A DNA stretch of 58,889 nucleotides, filler included, from Porpidia crustulata (lineage: Eukaryota), in NCBI GenBank assembly GCA_964255105.1. It is 6 parts of 6 records of this genome, joined end to end, with 100 filler letters (N's around TTAATTAATTAA, not from the genome) between each part and the next. Parts side by side here need not be neighbours in the genome. Positions count along the whole stretch, not along the records: positions 39,349 to 49,069 come from CAXUWE010000896.1; positions 49,170 to 58,889 come from CAXUWE010000897.1; 4 more parts are not named here. One strand, written 5' to 3'. Position 1 is the stretch's first letter, and the number at the start of each line of letters is the position of its first letter. The translations under genes and the position numbers were made by a program. Below the pieces are notes generated by a model. That model saw only the letters and a list, made by a program, of their open reading frames with translations, ran no database searches and was not told the DNA's origin. Below are positions 39,349 to 51,747 of the stretch, piece by piece.

Positions 39349-39726
39349 CAATAGAACTGATTGTATTGACTATTACATGAGTTGAGCACGAAGTTCCTAT
39401 CTAGAGAAATGACCATCATTATATAGACATAGGAGAATCGTGCCAAGACCTTTGCTCGCTCTGCTCGCTCCATGAGCAAGGTGAGCATCCTAAACAGTAC
39501 GCCCCTAGCGCGTACTTTGTGGTCCATTGATTACTAATAACCAATTGGCGATCAACTGGCCTTGGCGGTCAATTGGCCCTTAACAAAACACCTCATCGAA
39601 CACCTCACTAAATTGGATTTTGACGAGAGGATTATCGAGAAATTTGGGGCTGTGTTTTTGATACTGTTCACCGGGCGCATTGAATTTGACTTGCTGAGAA
39701 AGTTTCATAGTAATTTGAGTGTTTTG

Positions 39727-39774
39727 AGTAGATTTCAAGTAGATTTCAAGTAGATTTCAAGTAGATTACAAGTA
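39727..39774. repeat. Tandem repeat, 11-bp unit AGTAGATTTCA, about 4 copies, in an AT-rich stretch
   Basis: agtagatttca x3, agtagattaca, agta read directly. Confidence 0.9.
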
Positions 39775-40400
39775 TAAATAATAATAATAGTAAATGTACG
39801 GTATTAATGCAATTTCGTATACTTGTGGTTTTTTAATCAAGTAGCCGTTGCTTTCTTCATTACGTTTAAGTATTTAGAGCCGTTACTGTAAAATTACATT
39901 TAATTTTAAATACTGCCTAAAGGCTAAGTTGAACATTGATCCCGTTTTTACACCATGGTATTACGGTACTAAGAAACGCCTAACATTCGCTAAGGTAGAT
40001 AGTCTGACACTCTGAGTAGGACTAGCCTGGAGTTGTATACTCGTATTCACGGAACACACCCCTCTGCGGAACAGCCGGCCTAGGGTTAAGGTTATTCTCG
40101 AGAAGATTTTTCGATGAACCTATGTAGGGGTGAACAAGAGTATACCAGATAGTCATTGGATCATAAGCGGCAGGCGTGCGCCAATAGTACTACTGCATAC
40201 GTTTCTATCGATAATCAAGAAGTCAAACATGTCTCAATAATACTTGAAAGATACAAATCCCTACGTGGAGTCCAAGCTCAGTGCTTCAAAGACTCAGTGA
40301 TCCAGAGACTTTTGCGACACCCCGGCGGGATAAATTATTTTCCGAAATATTCCCTCAACGCTTCGTGCTAAATCCATCTCCCTCCCGATGGTGCACGACC

Positions 40401-41552
40401 ATGGCCCCTCTCACCGCGACCTCTCCACCTCTCCCTCTAACCCCCGAGCTCCGCGAACGCCAGCTCACAAGCACCGCCTCCGAGCTTTCCTACCACCTGA
40501 TTGAAGCCAGAGAGAAACCCAACCCCCTCATCGTCTTGCTACATGGATTCCCAGAGCTTGCGTATTCCTGGCGGAAGGTGATGCCTGCACTGGCAGCTGC
40601 CGGTTATTATGTCGTAGCGTTTGACCAAAGGGGATACGGAAGGACTACGGGCTGGGATGCGTCGTCGTTCGAGGATGTAGATCTCCAAACATTTTCGCAG
40701 ACCAACCTACTGCGAGACGTCGTGGTGCTGGTCCACAAGCTTGGGTACCGTAAAGTGAAATGCGTGGTGGGCCATGATTTCGGGGGGGCTGTTGCGTCGC
40801 TATGTGGTCTTGCCCGGCCGGATATGTTTCGGAAAGTCGTCTTAATGGGATATCCATTTCTGGGTGCCGCTGAGTTGCCGTTCGGTGAGAATTTAGATCA
40901 TGAAGGAGAGAAAGAAGCAGCTCCGGATATCCACCAGCAGCTGGCGAATCTGCCAAATCCTAGAAAGCACTATTTGTGGTATTATTCAAGCGCTGCTGCG
41001 AATCAGGAGATGTCTCCAGGCGAAGGACTCGGTCAGTTCCTCAGAGGGTATTTTCATCTGAAAAGCGCGGATGCACCTAATGATCCTTATCCACTACAAG
41101 AAATGACCGCTGAGGAGCTCTCCAGATTACCGAATTACTACATAATGCCATTAAACATGGGAATTCGGGAAACGGTACTCGAAGCTATGTCGCCTGAAGA
41201 GATCCAAAGGGCCAACCAGTCATCATGGCTTAACGACTCTGATCTCGACATTTACGTCAATGAATTCGGTCGTACCGGCTTCCAAGGAGGGTTAAACTGG
41301 TATCGTGTCGCCACTGACCCTGAGTGGAAGCGTGATCTTGACATCTTTGCTGGGAAGGCTATAAAGGTACCCTTACTGTTCATCGCCGGCACGAAAGATT
41401 GGCTGCCCTTCCAAAGGCCAGGCTCGCTCGCAGGAATGCGTAAGGCGTGCGGTGATTATAAGGGCGAAAGATGGATAGAAGGCGCTGGACACTGGGTGCA
41501 ACAAGAACAATCCGACAAGGTTATCGAGGAGATCCTCAGCTTCTTACAATAG
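40401..41552 (+). CDS. Epoxide hydrolase-like alpha/beta hydrolase, intronless, 383 aa
   Basis: Oxyanion motif LHGFP, DQRGYG, nucleophile elbow GHDFGG, LNWYR and catalytic His in GAGHWVQQE. Confidence 0.9.
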   Translation: MAPLTATSPPLPLTPELRERQLTSTASELSYHLIEAREKPNPLIVLLHGFPELAYSWRKVMPALAAAGYYVVAFDQRGYGRTTGWDASSFEDVDLQTFSQTNLLRDVVVLVHKLGYRKVKCVVGHDFGGAVASLCGLARPDMFRKVVLMGYPFLGAAELPFGENLDHEGEKEAAPDIHQQLANLPNPRKHYLWYYSSAAANQEMSPGEGLGQFLRGYFHLKSADAPNDPYPLQEMTAEELSRLPNYYIMPLNMGIRETVLEAMSPEEIQRANQSSWLNDSDLDIYVNEFGRTGFQGGLNWYRVATDPEWKRDLDIFAGKAIKVPLLFIAGTKDWLPFQRPGSLAGMRKACGDYKGERWIEGAGHWVQQEQSDKVIEEILSFLQ

Positions 41553-42137
41553 GCTGGTTTGAAGCTGGGGCGGTTTTATGAAAGGTTAAACCGCCAAGTT
41601 TCTGTAGGAGAATGGGAAACGAGGGCCGGGCACCATACCGACGTCTCGGGATGGCCATCACGGTAACGCCTTTAAGTCGGCGGAGACGGTCAAGCTTAAG
41701 TCTTGAGGCATTTCATAAAAGAGCTTGAGCTGGTGGCAGTCAATCCCTGGATCATTTCTACCCCACCAAACATGATTTCCGTCAAGGTTGGGAAAGATCA
41801 GGCGTAGGCTAGCGGATGCAAGTCATCTATCCACGACGGATTGCGGCTGAGATGGAAGGTTCATCAGGTATGATGTGGTAGATGTTACCGACTACCGAGA
41901 ACCTTCGCGGGGGACGAGGGTGCAGTAGTGGCGGGCCTGAAAGCTGGCGGTTGTTCAAATGACGAACAACGTAAGTTTATAATATATTTTGTACATAAAA
42001 TCGAGCTCAGTCCGGTCAACGCCGCATCCACAAGACCTCAGGTCTCTACATCCATCCCGGCAGTGGGATTTAGAACGCCAAAGAACATTATAATATATGT
42101 TCAAGAATCCCACGAATCTTACGCCTGTGCGGCAGAA

Positions 42138-42969
42138 TTATATTACGAGTGTCCACAAAGTTATTGCGGCTATTGGTATCGACAACAGCCATGATTTTGG
42201 TGTGGAGAGAGATGGAGGAGCGTTGGATTTGAGGCTGTTAGTACTGAAGACAAATTGAAAGCCGATGTCGGACGAGTTGAAGCAGTTCGTCTCGTTGACT
42301 TCTGGCACGTCTTTAGGGTCTGCGAAAGTAATGTCCACACACTACAGTTCCCGAGTCAGCAAAATAACTGCGAATACAGTAGAAAGCGACACCCACGTTA
42401 TACAGAGCAGCTCCGTGCTGCGCGGTTTCAATAACTTGTATCGTAGCGTTCCGCCCAATTACGGCAGTATAGTTGGCGGGCAGTGGGACTTGGGGCAGGC
42501 ATATGCTCCCCGGATATTCTATGTTGCTGGGTCCCGTGATCGCGAACACCGATTGCATAGTCAAGGAAAAGTTTGACGGCACCGTATCGTCGCCTAAGTT
42601 GATGTACATCAGAGCTGAGGAATGACCTGGGAACCAGCCAGGCTGGAAGCCTACGGCGCCGCCGCCAACAGGCCAGAGAGTGCGGTTGGTTGAGCGAGAC
42701 ATGCCTCCGCCTTCACAGTGTTAGTGAGGTATTCAACCACGAGATTTGGTCACGAGCATACATGGGTATATCCACTGCATCCCATATGGATAGCTGCCGT
42801 TGGGTCCAGCGCCCAGGCCATCAACGCCTGGGTCTGTAACATTGCCGTACGTGTGTAAGTTGTTCCCTCGCCATCCGGGATAGGTTATGACTGTGTGCGC
42901 CGAGACCAATGACGAGAGGGCGAGGAGGCAGGCGACGGCGGTGAAGAGTGATCTCGAGGAAAAAGGCAT
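42138..42969 (-). CDS. Secreted GPI-anchored histidine-brace copper protein (BIM1/X325 LPMO-like); exons 42969-42762, 42710-42397, 42341-42138
   Basis: Signal peptide ending VSA exposes an N-terminal His (HTVITYP). PC|GG, NRTxWP, second His (PGHS), ICLP, ALYN|CVDITF and a hydrophobic GPI-type C-terminus. Confidence 0.85.
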
Positions 42970-44176
42970 ATCGGAGAAGAGGGAGTGTAATAAAATAGCT
43001 CCCGCACTTTCGTTTCGAACGATGAGGTTCAGCACTGCCAACAACGAGAGACAACGAAACTCAGCGACAAGCACAACGAGAGTTCTGACGAAGTAAGAAT
43101 AGATATGGCGAACGTCGAGGGGCAGCCAGGTGGTATTTGCTAACCAGCACGCTGGCAGAACAGTGGCCAAGGGAATAATCAATCTAGCCGCGCCAGTACT
43201 GCTGCGAAAGCCATGGCAGTCGAGCAGTCATTGGCTTGTACCACCCACCAGAGGGAACTGAACGACGTTGGCGCCCTGGGGTGGGGAGTGGGAAAGATGA
43301 GAACCTGACAGCCATTGGTTCTTGGCAGGCTTTGCATGCATGCAGTGCTACCAGAGGTATCAACGATGGAGGGAGAGACCAGCCAGTCAGCGATGAGAAA
43401 TCATCCTGGACGGCAATTAGAGTGTGATGGGGAGAGATCGTACGCGGCAGCTTAACCCGAAGGGGTGATCGCTTGCAGTTGACCCTGCAGAGCCCCGGCG
43501 CCTAGAACCCGTCGTGACCCGTGAGGGTTTTCTCTATTTTCTACCGAACATCACACATTTTACTGGTATATTTTGTAAGTACCTAGACTCGGCAACACGA
43601 TAGCTTCTCCTGCTCAGAAGACTCTTAATCAAACGTATGGGTCCAAGTATCAATTCGCGACCATAAAAGCTTGGTGACCGCTCGTCAGCACCACGAACCC
43701 CTCTGGTGGTAGTACAAATGTGTCGAAGCGGCATGACATGGATGAAAAAGATGTCAATTGCCTGATCTTATCGTTTCATCCACACTGTCTCTGCTGCAAC
43801 ATGTGCCGTATGCACGTAATTTCTTGCGCCGTTGAACCTCAAGCCTTGCCTGGAACTGCGTTTCGTGGCTGCTGGTAGAAACCCCAATTGTTTGATGTGC
43901 ATTTCCAGTCTACTGCCGCCTTTCTACTCAGGCACTTTTCTCGACATTATCGTGTGGACTGCTTTCATGTTTCTACAATCTACTAGTCTGGATAGAATTA
44001 TATTCACAATTCCAACTCGTTTCGCTCCACATTCATTTATTGGCGATTCCCAGTCAAAAGATGGGCCTGGAAGTGAGCAGTTCTGGTCCGAGAGAACTCA
44101 TTCGCCAAGATTAAGACGAGGTTCAGATAGCCTCCATTTGGCCAAATAACCTCTATCTGTCTTTGGACAGTACGGA

Positions 44177-44970
44177 TCATGCATCCTCCGAGTTCTCTCT
44201 CAACAACGGTGTCTCCTCGTCAGTTGTTGTCACTTCTCCACTACCATCATTCGCCCCGGCGTCTCCACCATATTTCGAGTATGCTCTGCTACCATAATAC
44301 AGAGACGCGATAACCGCAGGACTGTCCGCTGAATATTAGCTCATATCCTGACTTTCCCCTTTCGACTTTAAATGGAAGAAGAGAATCGACTCACTGCTGA
44401 AACACAAACTCCGTCATAGCAAATTCGCCTACATAGCTCCAACTCTATCGGGTTTGTAGGATCAGCATATTTCTCCGAGGGCAAGCGCTTAGGTTGTGAG
44501 GCATGCTCAAGGAAGTCGTAACTCCTGGAAGAAACTCTCACTCCGAGCTGCGAGTGCAGAGCTGAGAATTGTCATTTCAAATTACTTACCACCTTCGTAT
44601 AGGTCAACATGACCAGCGTGACCCATACCGCCCCCATCATTGTTGCTTTCGCCCATTGGCTGATCAGATACGTGCGCGTGGCGAGCTTGTGCTTCTTGAA
44701 TAGGACAACCTCTGCCAAGACTAGAAGGATAATGACGATGGTGACTGCTACGATAAGGATAGTTCTGCGACAAAAGCGTCAGTTGTGCTTTGGCCAAGAT
44801 ATATAATCTACGCACGGCACATCAATATATGTATAGTCTCGGTAGTAATCCCGCTGATAGGTTCGAACAACCGGTATACCAATAAGAAACAGTATCGCGA
44901 GGGCAACCTGGATTACCCAGAGGGGCGCAAGGACCGGGAGCTTCCACGGTGACGAGGGCCTTTCTGGCAT
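44177..44970 (-). CDS. Small multi-pass (MARVEL-like, about 4 TM) membrane protein, 4 exons
   Basis: Hand-spliced: WKLPVLAPLWVIQVALAILFLIGI...TILIVAVTIVIILLVLAEVVLFKKHKL...QWAKATMMGAVWVTL...PAVIASLYYG...DEETPLL (acidic dileucine motif). Confidence 0.6.
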
Positions 44971-46075
44971 CGTCAACGCTGTGTAAGTAAAGTTTGACTC
45001 GTAAAGCGATCTTGCCGAGTTTTGGTGTTCGTCTTTGTCCAAACGCCGAATCTTTGTCTTGAGACGGCTAGCCAATCGTTTGCACAATATGCAGACAGAA
45101 GAAAAGCTATAAAAATATAGACCTATTCAAGTGAAATCTTCACGAACATCTGGGCATCTATATACCATCCTACATGCATGCTTTCTTTCGTCCATGTCAT
45201 TCTATTTTCTCCCGACCAGCGCTGGCGCCTGCTAGAAAGGCGCGGACGGAACACCGCCCCGAATCCTTCCAACATCGCCCTGGTTTCAAGTATATTTCCG
45301 TTCTTTCAAGCTACCATTCTTCGTCTGAGCATATACAATCGTTTGATCTCCTTTGCGAAAATGAGGCGATGTATCTAGTCATCGTGCGCTGGCTGTCAAG
45401 CTTCTACAATGGAATGTCGGCCAAGATTCAGGTTCATCAATTGATTCAGACTAATCGGCTGTCATAAATCAATCAAACAAGAGAATGAGGGTCCATTCCT
45501 TCTACGCCACCATTCTCCTGCGTTATCTCCATCGTTGAAGATGACGAGCAAGAAATCCGTGGTCTTCAATGATCGCGATTCCAAAAACGATGAGACGCAA
45601 TGGATGCTTCTGCTGACGACGAACGCGTCAGTGCTCAGGTCCGAGTCCTATGTATGCAGAGTCTGGATTTCCTGATGACTTTATACTGTCTAACTGTGAA
45701 TCTAGTCCCCGCACTTCTATGTGAAGGACATTTCTACCTTGATTTACACCTACGAATCGTGGATTTAGCCCAGTCTACGTGGAAGACATAGGTACTAGAA
45801 ACTCTTTCGAACTGAAGTTCCTCTAACGTACACGCCGGCTTCGAAGTGGAACGAAGACACCGGCCAGATCGAAATGCTAATTGCTACCTTAGAATCCCAT
45901 TGCGCCGGGGTCAAGGATGTGTTATATCTGCTGGTGATGCGATTACTTATTGAGACTCCGGAACGCCCGAAAGAGACTCTAACTGGCCTCGAGCACGTCG
46001 GAGGAAACCAGATCCACCATCCAGCGCACCAAGCGTATTCTCCAAACACCATCTAGGAACAAACAGGCGAGGCAT

Positions 46076-47426
46076 TCAAAGGAACTCTCGGCTCTCCCCG
46101 ATATCGCAAACATCAAACGCCCCCTCTTCCGCAATCCCGCTTTTAGTGAGAGCCTTCTTGAGCAGTAACGGCGGCTCCAGCACATCCTCCTCCGTTAGCA
46201 CCCACGTGCCCCAGTGAATGCCCATTGCCCGCCGGCACTTGGTGTCCTTGAAGATCTCCACCGAGTCGAACGGGTTCGCGTGCATCGGGCTCATGATCCA
46301 CCGCGGGTCGTACGCCCCGATCGGGATCATGCCCAGGTCAAAAGGCCCGCGCAGATCACCAATTTGCTTGAAGGCGGGGCAGTGCGGGTAATCGTGCTCG
46401 GGGCCGTAGTCGTCGACGTGTTTGGGAAGCTCGGGCACAGCGCGATAACCCGTGTCGCCTCCGAACCAGACGGATTTGCCGCCACTGTGGACGCTCCAGC
46501 TGGCCCATAGGGTGTGGCCTTTGTCGAAGCCGGTGCGGGCGGAAGTGTGTTGGCAGGGGAGGCAGGAGATGCGGGCCTGGATGGGTGGTTGTTGCGGCTT
46601 TTCTGATGGTTGAGAGGGGAGGTCGTCTTTGCTAGGGGAGATTTGGGGCTTTTTGCTGGTTGTGGGCGATAGTTTAATATCTCGTTCTTCCCACCAGTCC
46701 AGTTCTGTAACTTCATGGATGCCGGACGCTTCGAACCATTGCTTGTTTTTCAAGGGCACAAAGAAGTGCACGTTGGGATGTTTTGCTTTGATTCTCATGA
46801 TAGTAGGGTGATCCATATGATCGTAGTGATTGTGAGAGATGACTACGGCATCAATTGTAGGTATATCTTCAATCTGGCACGGAACTTCGGTATAGCGTTT
46901 GGGACCGAGCCAGCTAAAGGGGCTGCAGCGCTCGCTGAACACCGGATCAAAGAGAACACGGAAACCCCCCGGAAATTCAACGAAGTAGCATGCGTGGCCA
47001 AGCCATGTAGCACGCAAGCTGGGAGTTTCGCGCGACGGGAGGAAGGTAGGTTTTCGAACGGTGACGGGTGGAGGTTTGGTGTTGGGGGACTTGCTATTAC
47101 CTGAAAAGCGTCGCCTCGAGGATGTTAGCAGAAAATTCTGCAGGAAATGGGTGGACATACCATAGCAGAGCCTTGCCAATTGCAGGGCCCGACATATTTT
47201 TCCAGCTGTCCCAGGGATTGGTGAAGCCTTTGCCATCTTTCAAATGATGCTTCTTATCTTTCGCTTCTTCCGGCACAGCGCTGGTTATCAGCGACGTCGA
47301 AATTGTCGCTGCATACAGCGCAGTGGCCGTTGCTGAGCTTGACATCATGGGCGATTGGGAGAAGGGGCGGTTTGGTATTCTGGGACTGCTAAGGGATCGG
47401 AGCAGAGTGCGAAAGAAAGCGCGCAT
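46076..47426 (-). CDS. FMP30: N-acyl-phosphatidylethanolamine phospholipase D (metallo-beta-lactamase fold), Fmp30-like; exons 47426-47161, 47114-46076
   Basis: Arg/Ser-rich mitochondrial presequence. Motifs FTNPW, TWLGHA, FDPVFS, SHNHYDH, FGGDTGY, PIGAY and IHWGT. Confidence 0.88.
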
Positions 47427-47676
47427 TGGGGATGGAAACAGAAGAAGGAAAAGAATGAGGAAACATAAGAAAGTGAGTCAAATAGTAGATCAACCGCGTG
47501 GAAGAATTGTGGCTGCTTACTTTTCTGTGGTGTACACAAATGGCAGCCTGACGGTGGTGACACGGTGATAGCGGAATTTAGGTGGAGGAGACTCCGCTAG
47601 CTCTCGGCGTCGGAAGAACAGCAAACCCGATGCATGAAGTTCTCAGACGATGACCGTGTAGCATATTTCCAAGTCC

Positions 47677-49069
47677 ATGGGCATGGAGCCCAATGTCAAC
47701 CTACCTGCAACCAGTAGACTTCAACAAGACAGACGTCAAGATGCACTCAATGCCTTAACATCAACGCCATCTTCAGGAGATGGAGGGTTCCTGGCTCAAG
47801 TATCTGGGAACCCCTTCTTCACGGCCGCAAGTCTACGAGCAACCTGAATATCTCAATCGCTGACCGTAGTAGGGATTAGGCCTAGCAGGCTTTGGAGCTG
47901 TGCTCGCGGTTGCCCAGAAAAGTATCCGGCATGGCGCAAACCTCCTCAAAAGACGTTTGCTCGTTGATGTTGAAATCAACGTCAAGGACGAATCCTACCC
48001 CTGGTTCCTCTATTGGATGACGCTCCACCAGCGCGCCCAGCTGTCCAATGCCGCATCCGCATCCATTGCTCGTGATGGAGAAAAAGCTGCCAGAATAGGC
48101 ACCTTCGAATCCCTCCTCCGCCGCTTCACACCCGGAATGCACCATCTCTCCATTGAGACCGAAAAGATTGAACACCCGAATGGTTCTGTCCAAACCCAAT
48201 TCGCTCTCATCCCCGGCCCTGGAAGACATATCCTACGCTACAAAAATGCCTTTCTCACGGTCAATCGCGTGCGTGAAACCAAATCCATGGATTTCCAGAT
48301 GGGCAAGCCCTGGGAAACCATCACCCTTACAACGCTCTACTCCCAACGTCACATCTTCGAATCGCTCTTCACCGAAGCGCACAAACTGGCTCAGCAATCC
48401 ACAGAGGGCAAGACCATCGTCTACACCTCTCGCAGCACGAGCTGGGAGAAATTCGGCGAACCCCGTCGAAAGCGCCCTCTGGAATCCGTCATCCTCGACA
48501 AAGGCGTCAAAGAACGCATCCTCGCCGACGTCACCGATTTCCTCGCTAGCGCAAAATGGTACTACGACCGCGGCATCCCCTACCGCCGCGGCTACCTCCT
48601 TCACGGGCCCCCCGGCAGCGGCAAAAGCTCCTTCATCCAAGCCCTCGCCGGCCACCTCGACTACAACATCGCCATCCTCAACCTCAGCGAGCGCGGCCTA
48701 ACCGACGACCGCCTCAACCACCTGCTAACCGTAACCCCGCGGCGCACGCTCGTCCTCCTCGAGGACGCCGACGCCGCCTTCGCGACCCGCCGCGCGCAGA
48801 CCGACGCCGACGGCTACCGCGGCGCCAACGTCACCTTCTCGGGCCTGCTCAACGCCGAGGAACGCGTCCTCTTCCTCACCACCAACCACGTCACCCGCCT
48901 CGACGCCGCCCTCGTCCGCCCGGGCCGCGTCGACATGAGCGTCCGGCTTGGGGCGGCTACGCGCTGGCAGGCGGGCAGGCTGTGGGATCGCTTCTACGGG
49001 GACCTGGACCCCGAGGGGACGGCGAGGGGAAGGTTCTTGGACCGGCTGGAGGAGCTGGGGGTTTTTGAG
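47677..49069 (+). CDS. BCS1: Mitochondrial AAA chaperone Bcs1; exons 47677-47826 and 47873 to contig edge (3' truncated)
   Basis: NPFFTA|GLGLAG TM segment, PGPGRH, PWETITLT, KRPLESVIL, RGIPYRRGYLLHGPPGSGKSS, LLED, TTNH and DAALVRPGRVD. Confidence 0.95.
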
Positions 49070-49169
49070 NNNNNNNNNNNNNNNNNNNNNNNNNNNNNNN
49101 NNNNNNNNNNNNNTTAATTAATTAANNNNNNNNNNNNNNNNNNNNNNNNNNNNNNNNNNNNNNNNNNNN
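49070..49169. other. Artificial contig linker
   Basis: N44-TTAATTAATTAA-N44. Confidence 0.98.
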
Positions 49170-50906
49170 CAGCTGGGCGCTGACGGCGGCCCAGAGGGCG
49201 CTGATGGTGTCCTCTTCTTTTTTGGTCTTGGCGGCGGTGGCGGAGACGTGGGCGGTCGGGTCGGTGCGGGCGAGGTGTTCGGCTTCGTAGACTTCCGCGA
49301 GGCTTTGCTGGGGTTTGCTGTCGTCGAGTTCGATGCGGCCACGGCGGGGCTCTTTGCCCGTGGCTAGGCTGCCGGGCCGCCGGCGGATGACTTCGTCAAA
49401 GGAGCGGGCGAGGATGCGGCGTTTGATGAGGTTTTCGATGTCTTCACTCACTTCGTTTGTGATTATTGGAATGGGTTTGCCGGCGCGTTCGAATTCGAGG
49501 TCTTCTTCCAGCAGGGAGTTGAGCGGGCGGTCAGCGGCGCGGGCTTCACCGGATAGGGTCCAATCGCGTTTAGCAATAGAAGCAGCTTCAAGGCGGCGGA
49601 TTTCGGAGGCGAGGGCTGCTTGGCGCTTTTGATGGTTTGAGCGGTCGGTGGCAGCCGGGTTTTCAGGGTCTGAGGCGTCTTCGTTAGGAGTGAGGTCGTC
49701 ATCTTCGAAGATGTCACGACGGACAGCGGAGATGGTGCGTTGAAGGTCTTCTTCAGTTTGGGGAGGTGGTTGGGTCTTGGGTAGGGCACGACGGCGAGAT
49801 TTGGAAGCTTTTTGGGGTGGGGGTTCGAAGAAATCAGAGTATCTGACATCGTTGGTATTGGCCATGGACGAGACATCTTCCATGGGAGTTTCGGCATCGG
49901 AGGCGTCGGGATCGGAATCGGAAGCGTTGAGGTCTGCGTTGCCAAAGGTTGGGCCATCCTCCCTGTCTGAATCTTCTTCTATGCCGTCGCTTTGTGGTCT
50001 CCGACTGCTGCCTTTGGGGAGTATGAGGGTCTTAGGGTCTGTATCCCAGTCTATCTCTTCTTCGTCACTTGCAGCATCTGGCTCCCCTTGGACATCCTGC
50101 TGTTCAAGAAATTCGGACTGTTTGTTGAAAGCATCTATGGAGAAGAAGCCATCGTTCAAGCCGTGCTTGTCCGGAACGAAAACCTCGGTTAGGCGTTCAT
50201 CGGTTTCGGATTCGTTTGGTCGAACATCTCCGTCGTCAACCATTTCATCCTCACCGATCATCTCATCCTTTACCTCATAGTCATGAGACATCACGCCATC
50301 CGAAGCTTCGTCTATTGTATCCTCTGCAATTTCTTCCTCGATATCTGCATCGTCCGAACCATCCCTACCATTTTCATCTATTTTATCTATTTCAAAGCCA
50401 TCCTTATCAGATCTCGGCGCTTTGTTTCCTCCATCCTCGCCAATAAATCCTTTTACAGATTTCAATGGTAGATCATTGCCATTTTCGGCAGGCTGGATTT
50501 CTGGCATACATTTTTCCACCTCTTGCCGGCTAGCGTCTAGTACCCTTCTTGCCTGCTCCCAAATCTGTTCGATACCAAATCCTTCCAAATGGACTTGCTT
50601 CAGTCGTAGCATACGTTGAGAATCATAACTATCGGACTCCCCTCTCTTGCGTTTCTTCCTCGCTTCTTGTTGCCTCTGCGCTTGCGCTTCACTGGTAGAT
50701 TTGGCAAGAGGGTCAAGGTAGCGTTTGGCAAGCACCAGCGTGGCGGCATGTAGACTCGGCGGCGACTGCAGAAAGGTGTGGGCTGATGAGGACAGCGCTG
50801 ATAGAAATGCTTGATGGGATGACGGGTGAGGATCCGCGGCCATTGGATGCGGTCCTGACTCCGAAGAAGAGGGACTTGGGGGCGATGTTAGTAAGCCTGG
50901 TGCCAT
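49170..50906 (-). CDS. MPP10: U3 snoRNP protein Mpp10 (3' truncated)
   Basis: EQIWEQ, LNDGFFSID, YSDFF, WTLSGEARAADRPLNSLLEEDLEFE, LIKRRI...FDEVIRR and SLAEVYE, with acidic linkers. Confidence 0.93.
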
Positions 50907-51747
50907 TCTTGTCAATCACCCAAGCAGATGATCGCGTTGGTGGATGATCGGATGTTTGTATTTGCACATGGAGATGCTCGGAAAGGCAGTGTCACCAACA
51001 CTCGTCTGACTGTGCATGCATTATAAGGCTTTCGATGTGTAGATCGTGGGACAATGTTTAAGCGATATGTAACGCTTGCGTCTCCGAGCGACTTTGATAG
51101 CTGAACTTGCAGTAGTGTAACGGCAGTCCCTCTTTTCCCCACCTCGATTGAGTTTTTCCTCTTTTTGCAACTGCTCGCGTGCTCAAACAATTACGTGATA
51201 CTTAACTGTTATTGATCAATTCTTTCCATCGTTCCTGATTCCTATTGGATGATTATTAATTTTATAGTGAAATTAGACACGGTGCGTCATTCGCTGTCCT
51301 CCCGCCACTAATCATTTATCCGCTATCTAGGGCGTTCGAGCAGGTGAAAAGGTCAAAATTGGAGCTTCGCACTATTCAACTAAACTTCCTTTTTTCTTAA
51401 TTGTCAAGTCTTCAGCCTGTCAATTGTACAAACAAATTTTCCCATTCCTAACCGTGTATATTACTATACCAATTGTCATATCAGTGGCAGCACATTGATC
51501 GTTCATGATCCCTAGATAACATCTGCTTCACACGTTCTCTTTCCATTGGTGTTTCGGAGCTCCTCATCTTATCAACTCTACCGGGGTGCCTTATCCGTCA
51601 AACTCTCTTTGAGCTGCACAATTGCTGCACCTTTGCCAGTCAAGTCAAACGTTAGCTAGCTGGGGCGATTGCGTATCGTCCCAAATATTCGTGTATATAT
51701 TTGATCACTATCCGTGTCGCTTTGACGTCGTAGCACATATCAAGGAC

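Noticed and set aside
40401..41552. Intronless epoxide hydrolase as a horizontal transfer
   Set aside because: Lack of introns alone is weak evidence, composition matches neighbours, and a phylogeny would be required.
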